From positions 604 to 64,603 of the forward strand of contig DAOTUK010000064.1 of NCBI GenBank assembly GCA_034437375.1: DNA of 64,000 bases. The letters are read 5' to 3'. Each line of letters starts with the position of its first letter. Within the stretch, counting starts at the first letter, position 1. This DNA comes from Chloroflexaceae bacterium. Lineage in GTDB: Bacteria > Chloroflexota > Chloroflexia > Chloroflexales > Chloroflexaceae. The position numbers and the translations under genes were made by a program. Shown here piece after piece: positions 36,222 to 47,500 of this stretch. The notes under the pieces are model-generated. The model was not told the DNA's origin. It was given only the letters and a program-made list of their open reading frames with translations, and made no database searches.

Positions 36222-36689
36222 ATGTTTTTGCTGAATGTGTTGTTGGCGGTGATGTGGGCTACACTCACGGGCCAATTTTCGCTGGTCAATCTGGTGGCCG
36301 GGTTTGGGCTTGGCTACCTGGTGTTGTGGCTCTTTCGCCCGGCCGTGCGCAGTAGTGGCTACTTTCGCAAGCCGGTGCAGGTAGTGGCGCTGGTACTCTT
36401 CTTCCTGAAAGAACTGGTGATAGCTAATATCAAGGTCGCTTTTCATGTGTTGTCGCCGCACAGCAGTTTGCGCCCCGGCATTGTGGCTGTGCCGCTTTCA
36501 GTACAGCGCGATATTGAGATTATGCTGCTGTCCAGCTTGATAACGTTGACGCCGGGGTCGCTGAGCCTGGATGTGTCGGAAGACCGTCGGGTGCTGTATG
36601 TGCATACCATTGACGTTGACGACGTTGATGCCTTTCGGGCCGATATTAAGCAGGGCTTTGAGCGGCGCATTCAGGAGGTGTTTGCATGA
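36222..36689 (+). CDS. mrpE: Cation/H+ antiporter subunit E
   Basis: MFLLNVLLAVMWATLTGQFSLVNLVAGF... is MnhE-like. The ATG at 36222 is preceded by gaagggagggg. The track ORF upstream extension (from 36000) is an Arg/Trp-rich out-of-context read-through. Confidence 0.8.
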   Translation: MFLLNVLLAVMWATLTGQFSLVNLVAGFGLGYLVLWLFRPAVRSSGYFRKPVQVVALVLFFLKELVIANIKVAFHVLSPHSSLRPGIVAVPLSVQRDIEIMLLSSLITLTPGSLSLDVSEDRRVLYVHTIDVDDVDAFRADIKQGFERRIQEVFA

Positions 36690-36949
36690 CTCTTTCGACG
36701 CTGATTATGGTGCTGGTATTGCCGGCGTTGGCGCTGGCTATGGTGCTGTCCCTGGTGCGTCTGGCGCGGGGGCCACAGCTCCCCGATCGGGTGGTGGCGC
36801 TGGATATGCTGGCGATGCCGGGTATTGCGGTGGCGGCGGTGTGTGCGATTGCGTTTGACCAGCCGGCGTTGCTAGACGTGGCCAGCGTTATTGCGCTGGT
36901 GTCGTTTCTGGGGACGGTGGCGTTTGCCTACTATATGGAGCGGAGGTAG
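36686..36949 (+). CDS. mrpF: Cation/H+ antiporter subunit F
   Basis: LVRLARGPQLPDRVVALDML MnhF signature. 4-nt overlap with mrpE. Confidence 0.85.
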   Translation: MTLSTLIMVLVLPALALAMVLSLVRLARGPQLPDRVVALDMLAMPGIAVAAVCAIAFDQPALLDVASVIALVSFLGTVAFAYYMERR

Positions 36950-36953
36950 CCTG

Positions 36954-37295
36954 ATGAGTGGATTGCTGGTTGAGGTGCTGGTGGTGGCGTTGCTGCTGGT
37001 GGGGACGCTGTTTATTGTGGTGGCGGGGATTGGTCTGGTGCGGATGCCGGATGTGTTTTTGCGCATGTCGGCGACGACCAAGGCGTCTACGCTTGGGATT
37101 GTGTGCATTATTGCGGCGTCGGTGCTCTACTTCGGCGACGCGACGATAGCGTTGCGGGGGCTGGCTATTGCGCTCTTCCTCACGCTCACCACGCCAATTG
37201 CGGCGCATATGGTGGGGCGGGCCGCGTCCGCCGACCCGGCCGTGTGTGTGTGGGAGGGTACGGTGGTGGATGAGCGGGAGCGGACATCCAGGTGA
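36954..37295 (+). CDS. mrpG: Cation/H+ antiporter subunit G
   Basis: GIGLVRMPDVFLRMSATTKASTLG MnhG signature. The ATG at 36954 follows the mrpF stop at 36947-36949. Confidence 0.85.
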   Translation: MSGLLVEVLVVALLLVGTLFIVVAGIGLVRMPDVFLRMSATTKASTLGIVCIIAASVLYFGDATIALRGLAIALFLTLTTPIAAHMVGRAASADPAVCVWEGTVVDERERTSR

Positions 37296-37401
37296 TGGGG
37301 TGTCGTCGCTTTGGTATCGCCTGTATCATCGGTATCGTCAAACTGGCATACGTAGGCGGCAATACCACTTACGCTCCCGCTCCCGTCCCATAAAATGGCC
37401 C

Positions 37402-39078
37402 TTACGCACCCATCGTCATCGCCTGCACATCCTGCTCAACTGTGTTAATTGGCTTGATGGCAAACTGCTCCACCAGCACCTCCGTGACCCCCGGCGAGAG
37501 AAACGCCGGCAGTGTGGGCCCAAGCCGAATGTTCTTGACCCCCAACGAGAGCAACGCCAGTAACACCAGCACCGCTTTTTGTTCATACCAGGCGATGTCA
37601 TACGAAATCGGCAAATCGTTCAGATTGGCGACACCAAACGCCTGTGCCAGCGCCTGTGCCACCACCACCAGCGAGTAGGAATCGTTGCATTGCCCCGCGT
37701 CGAGCACCCGCGGAATACCGCCAATATCCCCTAACGGCAACTTGTTGTAGCGATACTTGGCGCATCCGGCCGTGAGGATAACCATATCGTCTGGCAAGGC
37801 CTGCGCCACATCCGTATAGTAGGAGCGCGACGGGTGCCGCCCATCGCAGCCGGCCATCACCACGAAGCGCGAAATGGCCCCGCTCTTGACGGCCGCAACC
37901 ACCTGGTCGGCTATCTGTACCACGCTATGGTGGGCAAAGCCCACGGGAATCTGCCCCTGTTCAAGCAGGGTTGGGGTGGCACTTTGTTGGGCTTTCGCAA
38001 TCAGCGGGCCAAAATCCTTGGGTTGCCCCGCCACGCGGTTGGCGATATGCGGCACCCCCGGCCACCCGACCATGCCCGTGGTGAAGATACGATCCTGGTA
38101 GGCGGGGAGTGGCTTCTGGATGCAGTTGGTGGTCATCAGAATGGGGCCATTGAACGCGGCAAATTCTTCTTGCTGGTTCCACCAGGCCCCGCCGTAATTG
38201 CCCACCAGATGCGGATATTGCTTGAAGGCGGGGTAGGCGTGGGCCGGCAGCATCTCGCCATGCGTGTAGACTTGCACACCGGTGCCGGCGGTTTGCTGTA
38301 ACAGGTCATCCAGGTCGCGCAGGTCGTGTCCACTGATGAGGATGCCCGGCCCCTCCTGGACTCCAAGCGGTACCTGGGTTGGTTCGGGGTGGCCATAGGC
38401 TGTGGTATTCGCCTGGTCAAGGAGTGCCATTACCTGTACGCCATAGTGCCCACAGCGCAGACAGAGCGCAACCAGATCGCCGATAGGCAGATCATCGTCA
38501 AGGGTTGACGCCAATCCCTCCTGGGCAAAGGCGGCGATGTCATCGTCGGTATAGCCAAGCACGTTGGCGTGGTCAGCATAGGCCGCCAATCCCTTGATCC
38601 CATAGATGAGCAGTTCACGCAGAGAGCGGACATCCGGGTGTAGCAACCCATCAGCACCCACCCCAACCGCCTGTCCCTTGCGAGCCAGCGCCTCCATAGT
38701 GCCGTCCCACGCCCACCGCGCCGGCTCCGGCAAGTGATCCAGACAATCGCTCCCGCCCGCGTGGGGACAGGCGGTCATCACCTTGTCGCGCATGGCGTCA
38801 CGCAGCGCCATTGCTTGTGACGCCAATACGACAAAGCGGTCGGGGTCAAAGTTGACATTGGTGATGGTAGCAAACAACCCCTGCATCAGAAAGCGGTTGG
38901 TTTGAGCATCGGAGATACCCAGTTCACGCGCCCGCACACAATAGACTGACAGGCCCTTCAACAAATACAGCAGGGCCTCTTGCAACGCCGCCACCTCCTC
39001 CGATTTGCCACACACCCCCCGCACAGTACAGCCTTCGTTATGGACAGTTTCCTGACACTGAAAACAAAACATACTCAT
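37402..39078 (-). CDS. hcp: Hybrid-cluster protein / hydroxylamine reductase
   Basis: N-terminal MFCFQCQET...[10 protein letters not shown] cysteine motif. 558 aa with the typical Hcp pattern throughout. Confidence 0.9.
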   Translation of the reverse strand: MSMFCFQCQETVHNEGCTVRGVCGKSEEVAALQEALLYLLKGLSVYCVRARELGISDAQTNRFLMQGLFATITNVNFDPDRFVVLASQAMALRDAMRDKVMTACPHAGGSDCLDHLPEPARWAWDGTMEALARKGQAVGVGADGLLHPDVRSLRELLIYGIKGLAAYADHANVLGYTDDDIAAFAQEGLASTLDDDLPIGDLVALCLRCGHYGVQVMALLDQANTTAYGHPEPTQVPLGVQEGPGILISGHDLRDLDDLLQQTAGTGVQVYTHGEMLPAHAYPAFKQYPHLVGNYGGAWWNQQEEFAAFNGPILMTTNCIQKPLPAYQDRIFTTGMVGWPGVPHIANRVAGQPKDFGPLIAKAQQSATPTLLEQGQIPVGFAHHSVVQIADQVVAAVKSGAISRFVVMAGCDGRHPSRSYYTDVAQALPDDMVILTAGCAKYRYNKLPLGDIGGIPRVLDAGQCNDSYSLVVVAQALAQAFGVANLNDLPISYDIAWYEQKAVLVLLALLSLGVKNIRLGPTLPAFLSPGVTEVLVEQFAIKPINTVEQDVQAMTMGA

Positions 39079-39101
39079 AGAAACACGCTCCTAAAATTTC
39101 T

Positions 39102-39932
39102 TCATACGCCAATCCAGAACCCTGTTGCAACCAGCAACACGGTGATGATCCCAAAGCCCATCTCGGCAAAACCGATAGCTCTGGTCGTATGCCAGCGCCG
39201 ATAGGGAGAGAGTCCGTGCGCGGCGCGGGCCAGGAGCACAGCGACCGCTACGACCGCAAGCCATGGCGCTATTCCTGATAATGCTAACACCACGACCAGG
39301 AGCAGCGCCCCCATATGCGCGGCTATAACGCTGTGCTCGCGGTAGGGTTGCTGGCGTTCGAGGCGCAGCCGTGCTCGCACATAGGCAATGGATGGGAGCG
39401 ACCGGGCCAGCAGTAGCAACCACAACGCCAGGGCCATGCCGAGGGCCCAATCATGGGCCAGCGCAATGCTCGCGGCCACCGAGGCAAAGGCCGCTGGTGC
39501 GGACATCTGGGCCTGCCAGGAGCGCACCGGTCTGGTTTCATCGTAGAAGGCAAAGATGAGCAGCAGCGGCAGCGCCAGCAGCAACGGCAGCAGCGGCCAC
39601 GCACTGGAAGCCAACCAGAGGCCGCCGGCTATACCCGCCAGGGCAACCAGGCTATAGCCGACCGTAAAGCGCCAGGCGGCCCTGGTGCGGGGAGTGTGGG
39701 GACGCTGCCGCCATCCGTCGCGGGCTATCTTGAGCGGGTGACGCACCAGAAAGGCGGCAAAGGCCCCGATGGCCAACGCCGCACCGGCCAGCGAGGGAGC
39801 CACCAGCAACCCAAGCAATATCGGCTCTAGCACCAGGCCCCAACTGCCATGCTCGGTGGGGAGGGCGATGCTTCGCAGGCGGGGAGGGGCGGATGGATGC
39901 ACGGCCGGTCTCATTGGGATCAATCCTTTCAT
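39102..39932 (-). CDS. YwiC-like integral membrane protein
   Basis: LPTEHGSWGLVLEPILLGLL N-terminal motif and about 8 hydrophobic spans. It lies between the crp/fnr regulator and hcp. The family assignment is from memory of the YwiC-like pattern. Confidence 0.5.
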   Translation of the reverse strand: MKGLIPMRPAVHPSAPPRLRSIALPTEHGSWGLVLEPILLGLLVAPSLAGAALAIGAFAAFLVRHPLKIARDGWRQRPHTPRTRAAWRFTVGYSLVALAGIAGGLWLASSAWPLLPLLLALPLLLIFAFYDETRPVRSWQAQMSAPAAFASVAASIALAHDWALGMALALWLLLLARSLPSIAYVRARLRLERQQPYREHSVIAAHMGALLLVVVLALSGIAPWLAVVAVAVLLARAAHGLSPYRRWHTTRAIGFAEMGFGIITVLLVATGFWIGV

Positions 39933-39971
39933 ACCGTCATCATAGCGGGTTTGGGCGGGGGTGTCTTTGCG

Positions 39972-40721
39972 CTAGAGCAAACAGGGCGGAGGATTTGTCG
40001 GGGGGACGCTATCAGTGGGGAGATCTTCGGCTATTGTCACCAGGGCCTCAGACGAACACACCCGTACCCACTCGCGGCCCGTTTCAATAATAGCCTGCTG
40101 TTCCCAACGGCTCAGGGTGCGGCTCACCGTATAGAGCGTGGTGCCGGTCATGTCTGCCAGGTCTTGCCGCGAGAGGGCCATATCAATCAGCACGCCGCTA
40201 TCGTCCGGGCGGCCGGTCTGGTGGAGCAGACGCAGCAGGGCCCGCGCAATACGGCGCTCGACGCGCTCGGTGGCCAGTTCGCGGTAGCGCGTTTGCAGTT
40301 CCACGAAACGCCCGGCAATCATCCGCAAGGTGTGATAGGCTATGATGGGGTACTGCTCCATCAATCGTTGTAGACTGGCGCTGTCCCAACACCAGAGCGT
40401 GGCCGACTCTGCGGCCTGGGCCGACAGGGGGTATTCGGTGTGGGGTAGGGCCGCAAGAATGCCCACCCCTTCGCCCGGCTCTAGAAAGCCGAGAACAACT
40501 TGCCGCCCCTGTTCGGTAAGCTGTGTGAGGCGCACTCGGCCGGTGGCGATGACCATGAAATGGGTGGCGGGGTCGCCTTCATGAAAGAGGAAGGCTTCCT
40601 GGGATACCTCGCGCCTGGTGGCGGCCTGTGCGATGGTTTCCAGGGCTATACGCTCAAGGCCCTGGAAGAAGATAACATTGCGGAGTATGGCGGGCCATAC
40701 GGGGGTATTGGTTTCAGTCAT
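39972..40721 (-). CDS. Crp/Fnr-family transcriptional regulator (candidate HcpR-type)
   Basis: cNMP-binding-type barrel (FLFHEGDPATHFMVIATGRVRL) and C-terminal HTH (SRQDLADMTGTTLYTVSRTLSRW). I chose the start at MTETNT (40721). The track ORF extends to 40829. Confidence 0.8.
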   Translation of the reverse strand: MTETNTPVWPAILRNVIFFQGLERIALETIAQAATRREVSQEAFLFHEGDPATHFMVIATGRVRLTQLTEQGRQVVLGFLEPGEGVGILAALPHTEYPLSAQAAESATLWCWDSASLQRLMEQYPIIAYHTLRMIAGRFVELQTRYRELATERVERRIARALLRLLHQTGRPDDSGVLIDMALSRQDLADMTGTTLYTVSRTLSRWEQQAIIETGREWVRVCSSEALVTIAEDLPTDSVPPTNPPPCLL

Positions 40722-40769
40722 CCGATTCACGCTCCTGATACCACAAAGCAACCCAATGCTATAATTATT

Positions 40770-40815
40770 CCCAAAAGCAAAAGAACTCACCCCGCCCGAC
40801 AAACACAGGGGTGAG
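40770..40815 (-). terminator. Terminator-like hairpin plus T-tract on the minus strand, upstream of the crp/fnr start
   Basis: CTCACCCC (40786-40793) pairs with GGGGTGAG (40808-40815) across a 14-nt loop. On the minus strand the hairpin is followed by TTCTTTTGCTTTTGGG (complement of 40770-40785). Confidence 0.3.
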
Positions 40816-41023
40816 CCTTTCCGCACCATTGAACGCTGAACCTATTGTACCAGAGATTGAAGCCGATGCCTACCCTAAACCCACAAAGACATAAACCGGG
40901 ATGACGCCCGGTGTCCTGCTCAAGCGACCTATTGCAATGGGGTGACTGTCTCTTATGGGTAGTTTCGGACGGTACCTTTCGCAAGCGGTGTATGGAGTTA
41001 TGGCCTGATCTCAAAAAAAAGTA

Positions 41024-41052
41024 TTGACATTTTAAAAAGCTCATGCTATCAT
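41024..41052 (+). promoter_or_regulatory. Sigma-70-like promoter
   Basis: TTGACA (41024-41029), an exactly 17-nt spacer, and TATCAT (41047-41052). It lies about 65 nt upstream of a strong RBS (aaggagaaggagag) and the ATG at 41117. Confidence 0.55.
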
Positions 41053-41116
41053 AACATCTATATATAGGAATTATACCTCACGGGTATATATCGGCTGAAG
41101 GAGAAGGAGAGAACCC

Positions 41117-41365
41117 ATGGCTCCATCCAATAAAAACGATGACCAGACTTCCCAGGGACGGCGCAACCCCCAGACGGATAGCGAACCAGCGGTAGCTATG
41201 GATACCCGTACCTACTCCATTATCGGCTGGACTATGGGCGTCGTGATGGGGATGATAGCGGCTATCGTCCTGGTGTCCGGCACAACGCCCGACCTCACCA
41301 GCGTCAGTTTTCTGGTACCGCTTGAAGTGATCTCATTCATTGCGGCCATGGCGCTCGTCAGTTAA
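41117..41365 (+). CDS. Small membrane protein (82 aa, two hydrophobic spans), unknown function
   Basis: Strong promoter and RBS upstream. A polar N-terminus is followed by IIGWTMGVVMGMIAAIVLV and FLVPLEVISFIAAMALV. A hairpin terminator lies downstream. Confidence 0.45.
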   Translation: MAPSNKNDDQTSQGRRNPQTDSEPAVAMDTRTYSIIGWTMGVVMGMIAAIVLVSGTTPDLTSVSFLVPLEVISFIAAMALVS

Positions 41366-41407
41366 GCGCGTATATCCCCCGACCAATCTCAGCAAATGCA
41401 AAAGGGC

Positions 41408-41430
41408 CCCCATACCCCGGTGGTATGGGG
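41408..41430. terminator. Bidirectional hairpin between convergent genes
   Basis: CCCCATACC (41408-41416), a 5-nt loop, and GGTATGGGG (41422-41430) form a perfect 9-bp stem. On the minus strand it is followed by cccTTTTGCATTTGC. On the plus strand the tail is only tt. Confidence 0.45.
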
Positions 41431-41450
41431 TTATCCGTACCGGGCCGTGG

Positions 41451-41585
41451 CCTGGGAGCGTGGGCATTGTGCCCGCTCCGGTAGGGATGGTTGCTCTGCG
41501 CCTGGGAGCGCGAGCGTCTTGCTCGCAGCGGGACGGGCCGCTTGCCCGCGCTCCCAGGATTCTCCCCAACGGTGAACCGATACCC
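41451..41585. repeat. REP-like palindromic elements (copy B: one short unit plus one full unit with tail)
   Basis: The short unit is cctgggagcgtgggcattgtgcccgctccg (41451-41480). The full unit is cctgggagcgcgagcgtcttgctcgcagcgggacgggccgcttgcccgcgctcccagg (41501-41558). The tail attctccccaacggtgaaccgatacccc resembles the tail of copy C. Confidence 0.6.
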
Positions 41586-41587
41586 CG

Positions 41588-44500
41588 CTACGGACGGAGC
41601 ACCAGTGCATTTGCCTGGGTATTGTCCCAGGTTGCGGTGGTACTCATAGCCTGGCCGTCAACCGTAAAGGACACGGTATCGCCCGGCACGCCACACCCGG
41701 CCGCAACCACCGTCACGGCATACACCACGTTGCCATTGACCTTGCGTGTCTGTCCCTCGCCACAGACGTTCCCTTGCATGGAGGCCTGGACGGTTTGGCC
41801 GGCCGCGGGGACAAACCCGTTCCCTGCCTGTATGTCTCCGTAGTAGATGGCCGGTACGATGGCCAGGTCGCTGCTGGCCAGACGGTCGTACTCCTCCGTT
41901 GCGCCCTTCAGGTACAATGTTACATCCTGCGTGACATACACCCAGTAGCCCTGGCCAAACGTGGCCGCGGCCAGCGTATTGACCCAGGATGGCGTCGCGC
42001 TGTGGTAGCCCTGCCAGGCCTGCCATAGGCTGTCGGGCGTCGCCGTTTGCTGGTTATAGTGCCACACGCTTGTATAGTACCCTTCGATAGATTGCAGCGT
42101 CTCGCTCATCGTCCGGCTCCCGCGCACTGGGTAGGCGATATTGTTCCAGCCGGGCCCCTTCAGCGGAACCTGCACACTGGACATGAGCGCGTAGCGCCCG
42201 GTCCCCTGCGCTGGTGCAGAGGCGGTATTTTGCTCGGTGTTCAGGTTGGTGGGCAGCGGCCGCCAGCAGGGAGCCTCCCACACGCCGCACTGTTCGGGGT
42301 CGCGCTCCTGGAAGTAAACGGAAATCCACTCCTCTTCGCCCGGTACCACATCGCTGGTCATATAGCTAATGCTGAGCGAGGCATTGCCCTCCAGTTGCGG
42401 TGCGCGGGCCGTCGCCGTCAGGCGATAGCCTTGCCCCACCACGGTGGCCCAGGCGGGCGGCTCAATCGAGCTGACCGACTGGATGGCGTAGAATTCGCCT
42501 TCGTTGAAGGTAAGGTTGCTCCCAAACAGCATGGCTTGCCCGTCGGAGGAGAGCACTGGCGCGTTGCGTTTGCGGTGGCTGCCGGGGTTGCCGCGGGGGG
42601 CGTTGCGCTTGCGGTGGCTACCCGGCGTCCCGAAGGGGGCGTTGCGCTTGCGGTGGCTGCCGGGGTTGCCGCCTGGCGTGTTGCGCTTGCGGTGGCTGCC
42701 GGGGTTGCCGCCAATGGCATAGTCGCTCATCACCGCGCGCCGCGGCTCCGGTTCGTCAACCCACACATGTACCAGGCCCTCGAACGCCGGTTCGTCAAGC
42801 CTGATTTGCCCGCTATACCCCGCGCCATTGGCGGTCAACGAAATAACCGGCTGTGCAGTATCGTTCACCGGGTAGAGTTGGGCTTTTAAGGATAGACCGG
42901 GCGGTACCTGCTCAACCATCACCGAGATGGTTTCCGCATCTATGGGTGTGACCACAACGTCCGGTCTCCACGAACTATCGAGCATTGCCATGGTGATATA
43001 CTGGTCGTTGCTGCGCACAGTTTCACACCCCCGGCGTTGCTCGGCCAGGGTAAACACGCAGAGTCGGTCGCCCGGCCGGGCCCCGCGCCCCTCAACGCGG
43101 TCAAGAATCGTGGTGCCCAGGTCTATTAAGTAGTCGCCCTCTTGCTGGAACAGGAAAACCCGCGCATTCTTCTCTGGTTGGTAGGGGCGGCCCTGCTCAT
43201 CCACCATATAGAAAATGGGCACGTCAAGGACTTCGACCGGTGTTTCGGGCTCAACTACGGTAAAGGTCGTGAGATCGAGCGGCAGATAGCCGGGGCCGGG
43301 GTTGGCATCAAAAGCCGAGGGCATATGCATATTCGGGTAAAACGCGGTAATCGTTTCCCAGTCGGAGCGCCCGGTGCCCTGGTTCGATAGCGTTTGCGCA
43401 CAGCCCGGCAACCAGTCGGTGGGCGGTTGAAATTCGCTGGTATTGTCCAGGTAGGGGTCGCTCATTGCGCCGGGGCATGTTGTCACCGGTATCAAGCGCC
43501 CCGCATCATCCAACCCGATATAGTTGTCGTCCAGGAAGAGGGCATAATGCCCAAGCTCGTGGGCCAGCGTTCGCGGCCAATCTTCGCCCATCGTCCCATT
43601 GGCCTCGCCGTAGCGATTCCATACCGCGCCAATACGCACCTGGCCCGGCTCGTAGACAAAGGGGCGGGTGGGGTCGCCAACGGCCTCGGTGATGATGCCG
43701 CCCTGGTTGGCGTTGGGGCGCAGGCGGTTGGTTGCGTAGATGCGGATATGGGCGTAGTTCCAGTTTTCGCGGTCGTGGTAGATGGTAATATTTCCAAGCG
43801 CGACCTGCCCATTTGTCCAATCGTAGAGGATTTCGGAGACACGCCGCAGGTCATACTTCAGCCGCGCAAGGAATTGCTCGTCGGCGCGGGCGTCCCATTC
43901 CAGCGATACATCCAGATTAAACAGCGTGAGTTGGTGGCTTTCCGATACCTCCAATATCTGGTTGCCCTGCTGGTTGACGGTATCGGCTACCAGTCCGGTG
44001 GTAATGGGGGTTGCGTTGGTCAGGTAGATAACGGCTCCGTCGGTTTCTTGATAGGGTAACAGCGCGACCAGCGTATCGCCAAGCGCCACCTGGCTATTGC
44101 CTTGCAAGTAGCCGTGCTGATTGGTGCGTAGTGGCTCGCCGGCGTTATTGGCCAGCACAGATGCATACTGCTCGCCCTGGGGAATATGCTGCACGTGCGC
44201 TATATCAACCGGTGTGCCGTTGTGCGTTACCTGTATCTGGTTGCTAATCATGCGGAGCGGAAAACTGGTGGTGGCATAGGCGCTGTACTGGTAGGGCCCC
44301 GCCGCGCTATTTGGCGTGGGGGCCAGCGCGGGCACAGCCACCAGCCGGAACATGACATCATCCGATTGCCCAAAGAAGCCGCTGGCCCACGTGTCCCACT
44401 GGTAGGTATACGTTCCGTCCTTGCTGCGGGGGGGGGGCGCACTGGGCACATGGATGGTCGGCAGGAAGAGTGCTGTATCGCCCGCCTGTTGCGCACGGGG

Positions 44501-47500
44501 CGGGTGTTCCGGGGCGGTGTCTGTGGTGGTGGGGACGCCGGCTGCTTCCAGCGCCTCTAGTCGCGCCGAGCCCGCACCCGCCTGGGTCAAGGCGGGTAGC
44601 CACGTGCCCCCGCCATTCAGCGAGTAGAATCCCTGGACGCGCTCAATCGGTATATTCCCGGTTTCGAAGAGCCGGAACTGAATGGGCACAACCACCGGTG
44701 CCTGCCAGCGCTCCGATGCATACCCATAGGCCGCATCGGTCGGGCCCACATGCGTTATCACGACCGCCGGGGGGGCGGCCTTGTTCTTGCGGTTGTCGCG
44801 GGTATTGAAATAGAGGTGGTTATAGTCATTGCTCTTGCCGGAGGCCAGGTCAAGGTCGCCATCGCCATCCACATCGCCCCACGCTACCGCACGCGAGCAG
44901 GTGGTTTCATCCGAAGACCAGTCGGCGTACTCCGTCAAGCTCCCGCCATTGTTGCGGTACATACGATCTGAATGGTCACAATTGGCTACCACCAGATCCA
45001 GGTCGCCATCGCCATCCGCATCGCCCCACGCAAGATCGGTCGTCCGTTCGGCTTCAAGCGATGACCAGATGGCATAGTCCGTCAAGGTTCCATGATCATT
45101 GCGATAGAGTTGGATGGGTTGATCCCAGTTGGCCGCGGCCATGTCAAGGTCGCCGTCGCCATCGTAGTCGCCCCACGCGACATTGTGGGCCCAAAACTCT
45201 TCGAGCGATGACCACACTGCTTTTGTCTCTAGTTCCCCATCATTGTTGCGGTACAGCCGATTGGGTTGCTTGTTATTGGCTACGGCCAGGTCAAGGTCGC
45301 CATCGCCATCGTAGTCGCCCCACGCCAACCCCCAACTATCGCTGCTATCTTGCGTTTCCCACACTGCCGCACTTGTCAATGTGCCGTCATCGTTGCGATA
45401 CAGGCGGTTGGGTTGGTTACTATTGGCCACGGCCAGGTCGAGGTCGCCATCGCCATCATAGTCGCCCCAGGCAATCTTGTGCGTCGAATCGGCTTCGTCC
45501 GACGACCACACGGCCTGTGTGGTGAGCATCCCATCATCGTTGCGATACAGGCGGTTGGGTTCGCCATAATTGCCGACGGCCAGGTCGAGGTCGCCATCGC
45601 CATCCACATCGCCCCAGGCTATGTCGCGGGTCAGATCGGACTCTTCCGACCACCAGTCCGGAAAGCGGGCGAGTGTTCCCCCTTCGTTATAGTACACGTC
45701 GTTGGACTCAGCATAATTGCCCGTGGCCAGGTCGAGGTCGCCATCGCCATCCACATCGCCCCAGGCCACACTGGACGTATTCGTCTCTTCGTCCGATGCC
45801 CAGTCAAGGGTGGTATTGAGCGCATCGGTGTTAAACCGATGCACGCGCACGGGTTGATCGCGGTTGCCCGTGGCCAGGTCGAGGTCACCATCGCCATCCA
45901 TATCGCCAAGCGCTACGCTCCAGGTATACTCATCTTCCGTTGATACCCAACTATCGTCATTATCAAGAATCTTCCCTTTGTTGAAGTAGACCCGGTTGCG
46001 CTGGTCGCTGTTGCCGACTACCAGATCGAGCTTCCCATCGCCATTCACATCGCCCCAGGCTACGCTCCAGGTATATTCATGGGCGTAGGATGACCAGATG
46101 GCTACATCAGAAAACAGTCCATCATCGTTGCGATAGATTTGCACCGGTTGGTTGGCATTCCCGACGGCCAGGTCGAGGTCGCCATCGCCATCCATATCAC
46201 CAAGCGCTACACTATCGCTATCGGCATAGTCAAAGCTAGACCACACGGCCGCGCTCGTGAGGGTGCCTCCCTCGTTGCGATACAGGCGGTTTGGCCGGTT
46301 ATAATTGCCGGCCACCAGGTCGAGGTCACCATCATTATCTACATCGCCCAACGCCACACTGGTGGTCTGATCTTTCTCCTCCGATGCCCACACCGGTTTC
46401 TGGGATAACGTGCCCCCCTCGTTGCGGTACAAAAGGTTTGGGGTGCCTATGGTGCCAACTACCAGATCCAGGTCACCATCCCCATCTATATCGCCCCACG
46501 CAACGCTCCACGTATTCCCAGGCTTGTGCGAAGACCAGGCGGCCTCCGCTTGCAGCATCCCACCGTCATTCAGGTACAACCGGTTCGGTTCTTTTGCATT
46601 TCCGACGGCCAGGTCAAGGTCACCATCATTATCTACGTCGCCCCACGCCAGACTTTGCGAGGTGTCCTGTTCCGACGAAGACCACGCCGCGGTGGTCGAA
46701 AGCACCCCGCTCTCGTTGATATAGACGCGGTTTGATTGGTTGATTGTCAGCGAGGAATCAATATAGCCATAGTTGGCCACGGCCAGGTCGAGGTCGCCAT
46801 CATTATCTACGTCGCCCCAGGCCAGCGAGCGGGTATCATCTGACTCGACCGATGACCACACCGTAGCCGGCTGTTCCCGTTCTGGTGGCGCGTCGGTATC
46901 GTCCTCGTTGACGAGCAGTTGCACATCGTCTACATAAAAGGTTGCGTGGGGGGCCATATTATCCTGGTATACCAAGAAGTTGACCGATAGTTGCTGCCCG
47001 CGTATGTGCTCAATCGCATCAGAATCAACTTCGAGTATGGCGCGGTGCCAGCCGGGTTCGTTACTTGCTAGAAACAGGTTATCGCTATACCATGTTTCAA
47101 AGTCCGTATCGGTTATATTGACCTGCAACACATCAGCGTGCAGCGTTTCATCCTCCGTTGCGGTCTGGGCTAGACGAGCCAACGGCCCCGTTGGTACCAG
47201 CGCTTGCGTCGTGCTGCCTTCGGTATCCTGGGTATCGGTGGTTCCCCTGGCCTTGTCCGTTGTCCGGACGGTATCCGGGTTCTCATTCTTCCAGTAAAAA
47301 TGCAGCGTGAGCGAATCGGTTGCTTCGGGAACATCCACAACCTGGTACAGGTAGGTATTAACCCCCGGCGCTGTGGTGGCCGAACGCTTGCCGCTATGGG
47401 CCTTGTCCGAGGTGTACGAGACGTGTTCGTCCATGTCCCAGGCTTCGTCCTGTTCAAACCCGCCATTGACCAGGATATTGTCGGTCTGGAGGTGTGGCCG

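Noticed and set aside
45061-46735. Plus-strand ORFs within the FG-GAP repeat region (45061..45525, 45266..45943, 46139..46408 and others)
   Set aside because: They are antisense products of the repeated DGDGDLDLA coding units (repetitive VEVAIAIHIA... patterns). The 2018-aa minus-strand frame is continuous and domain-rich.
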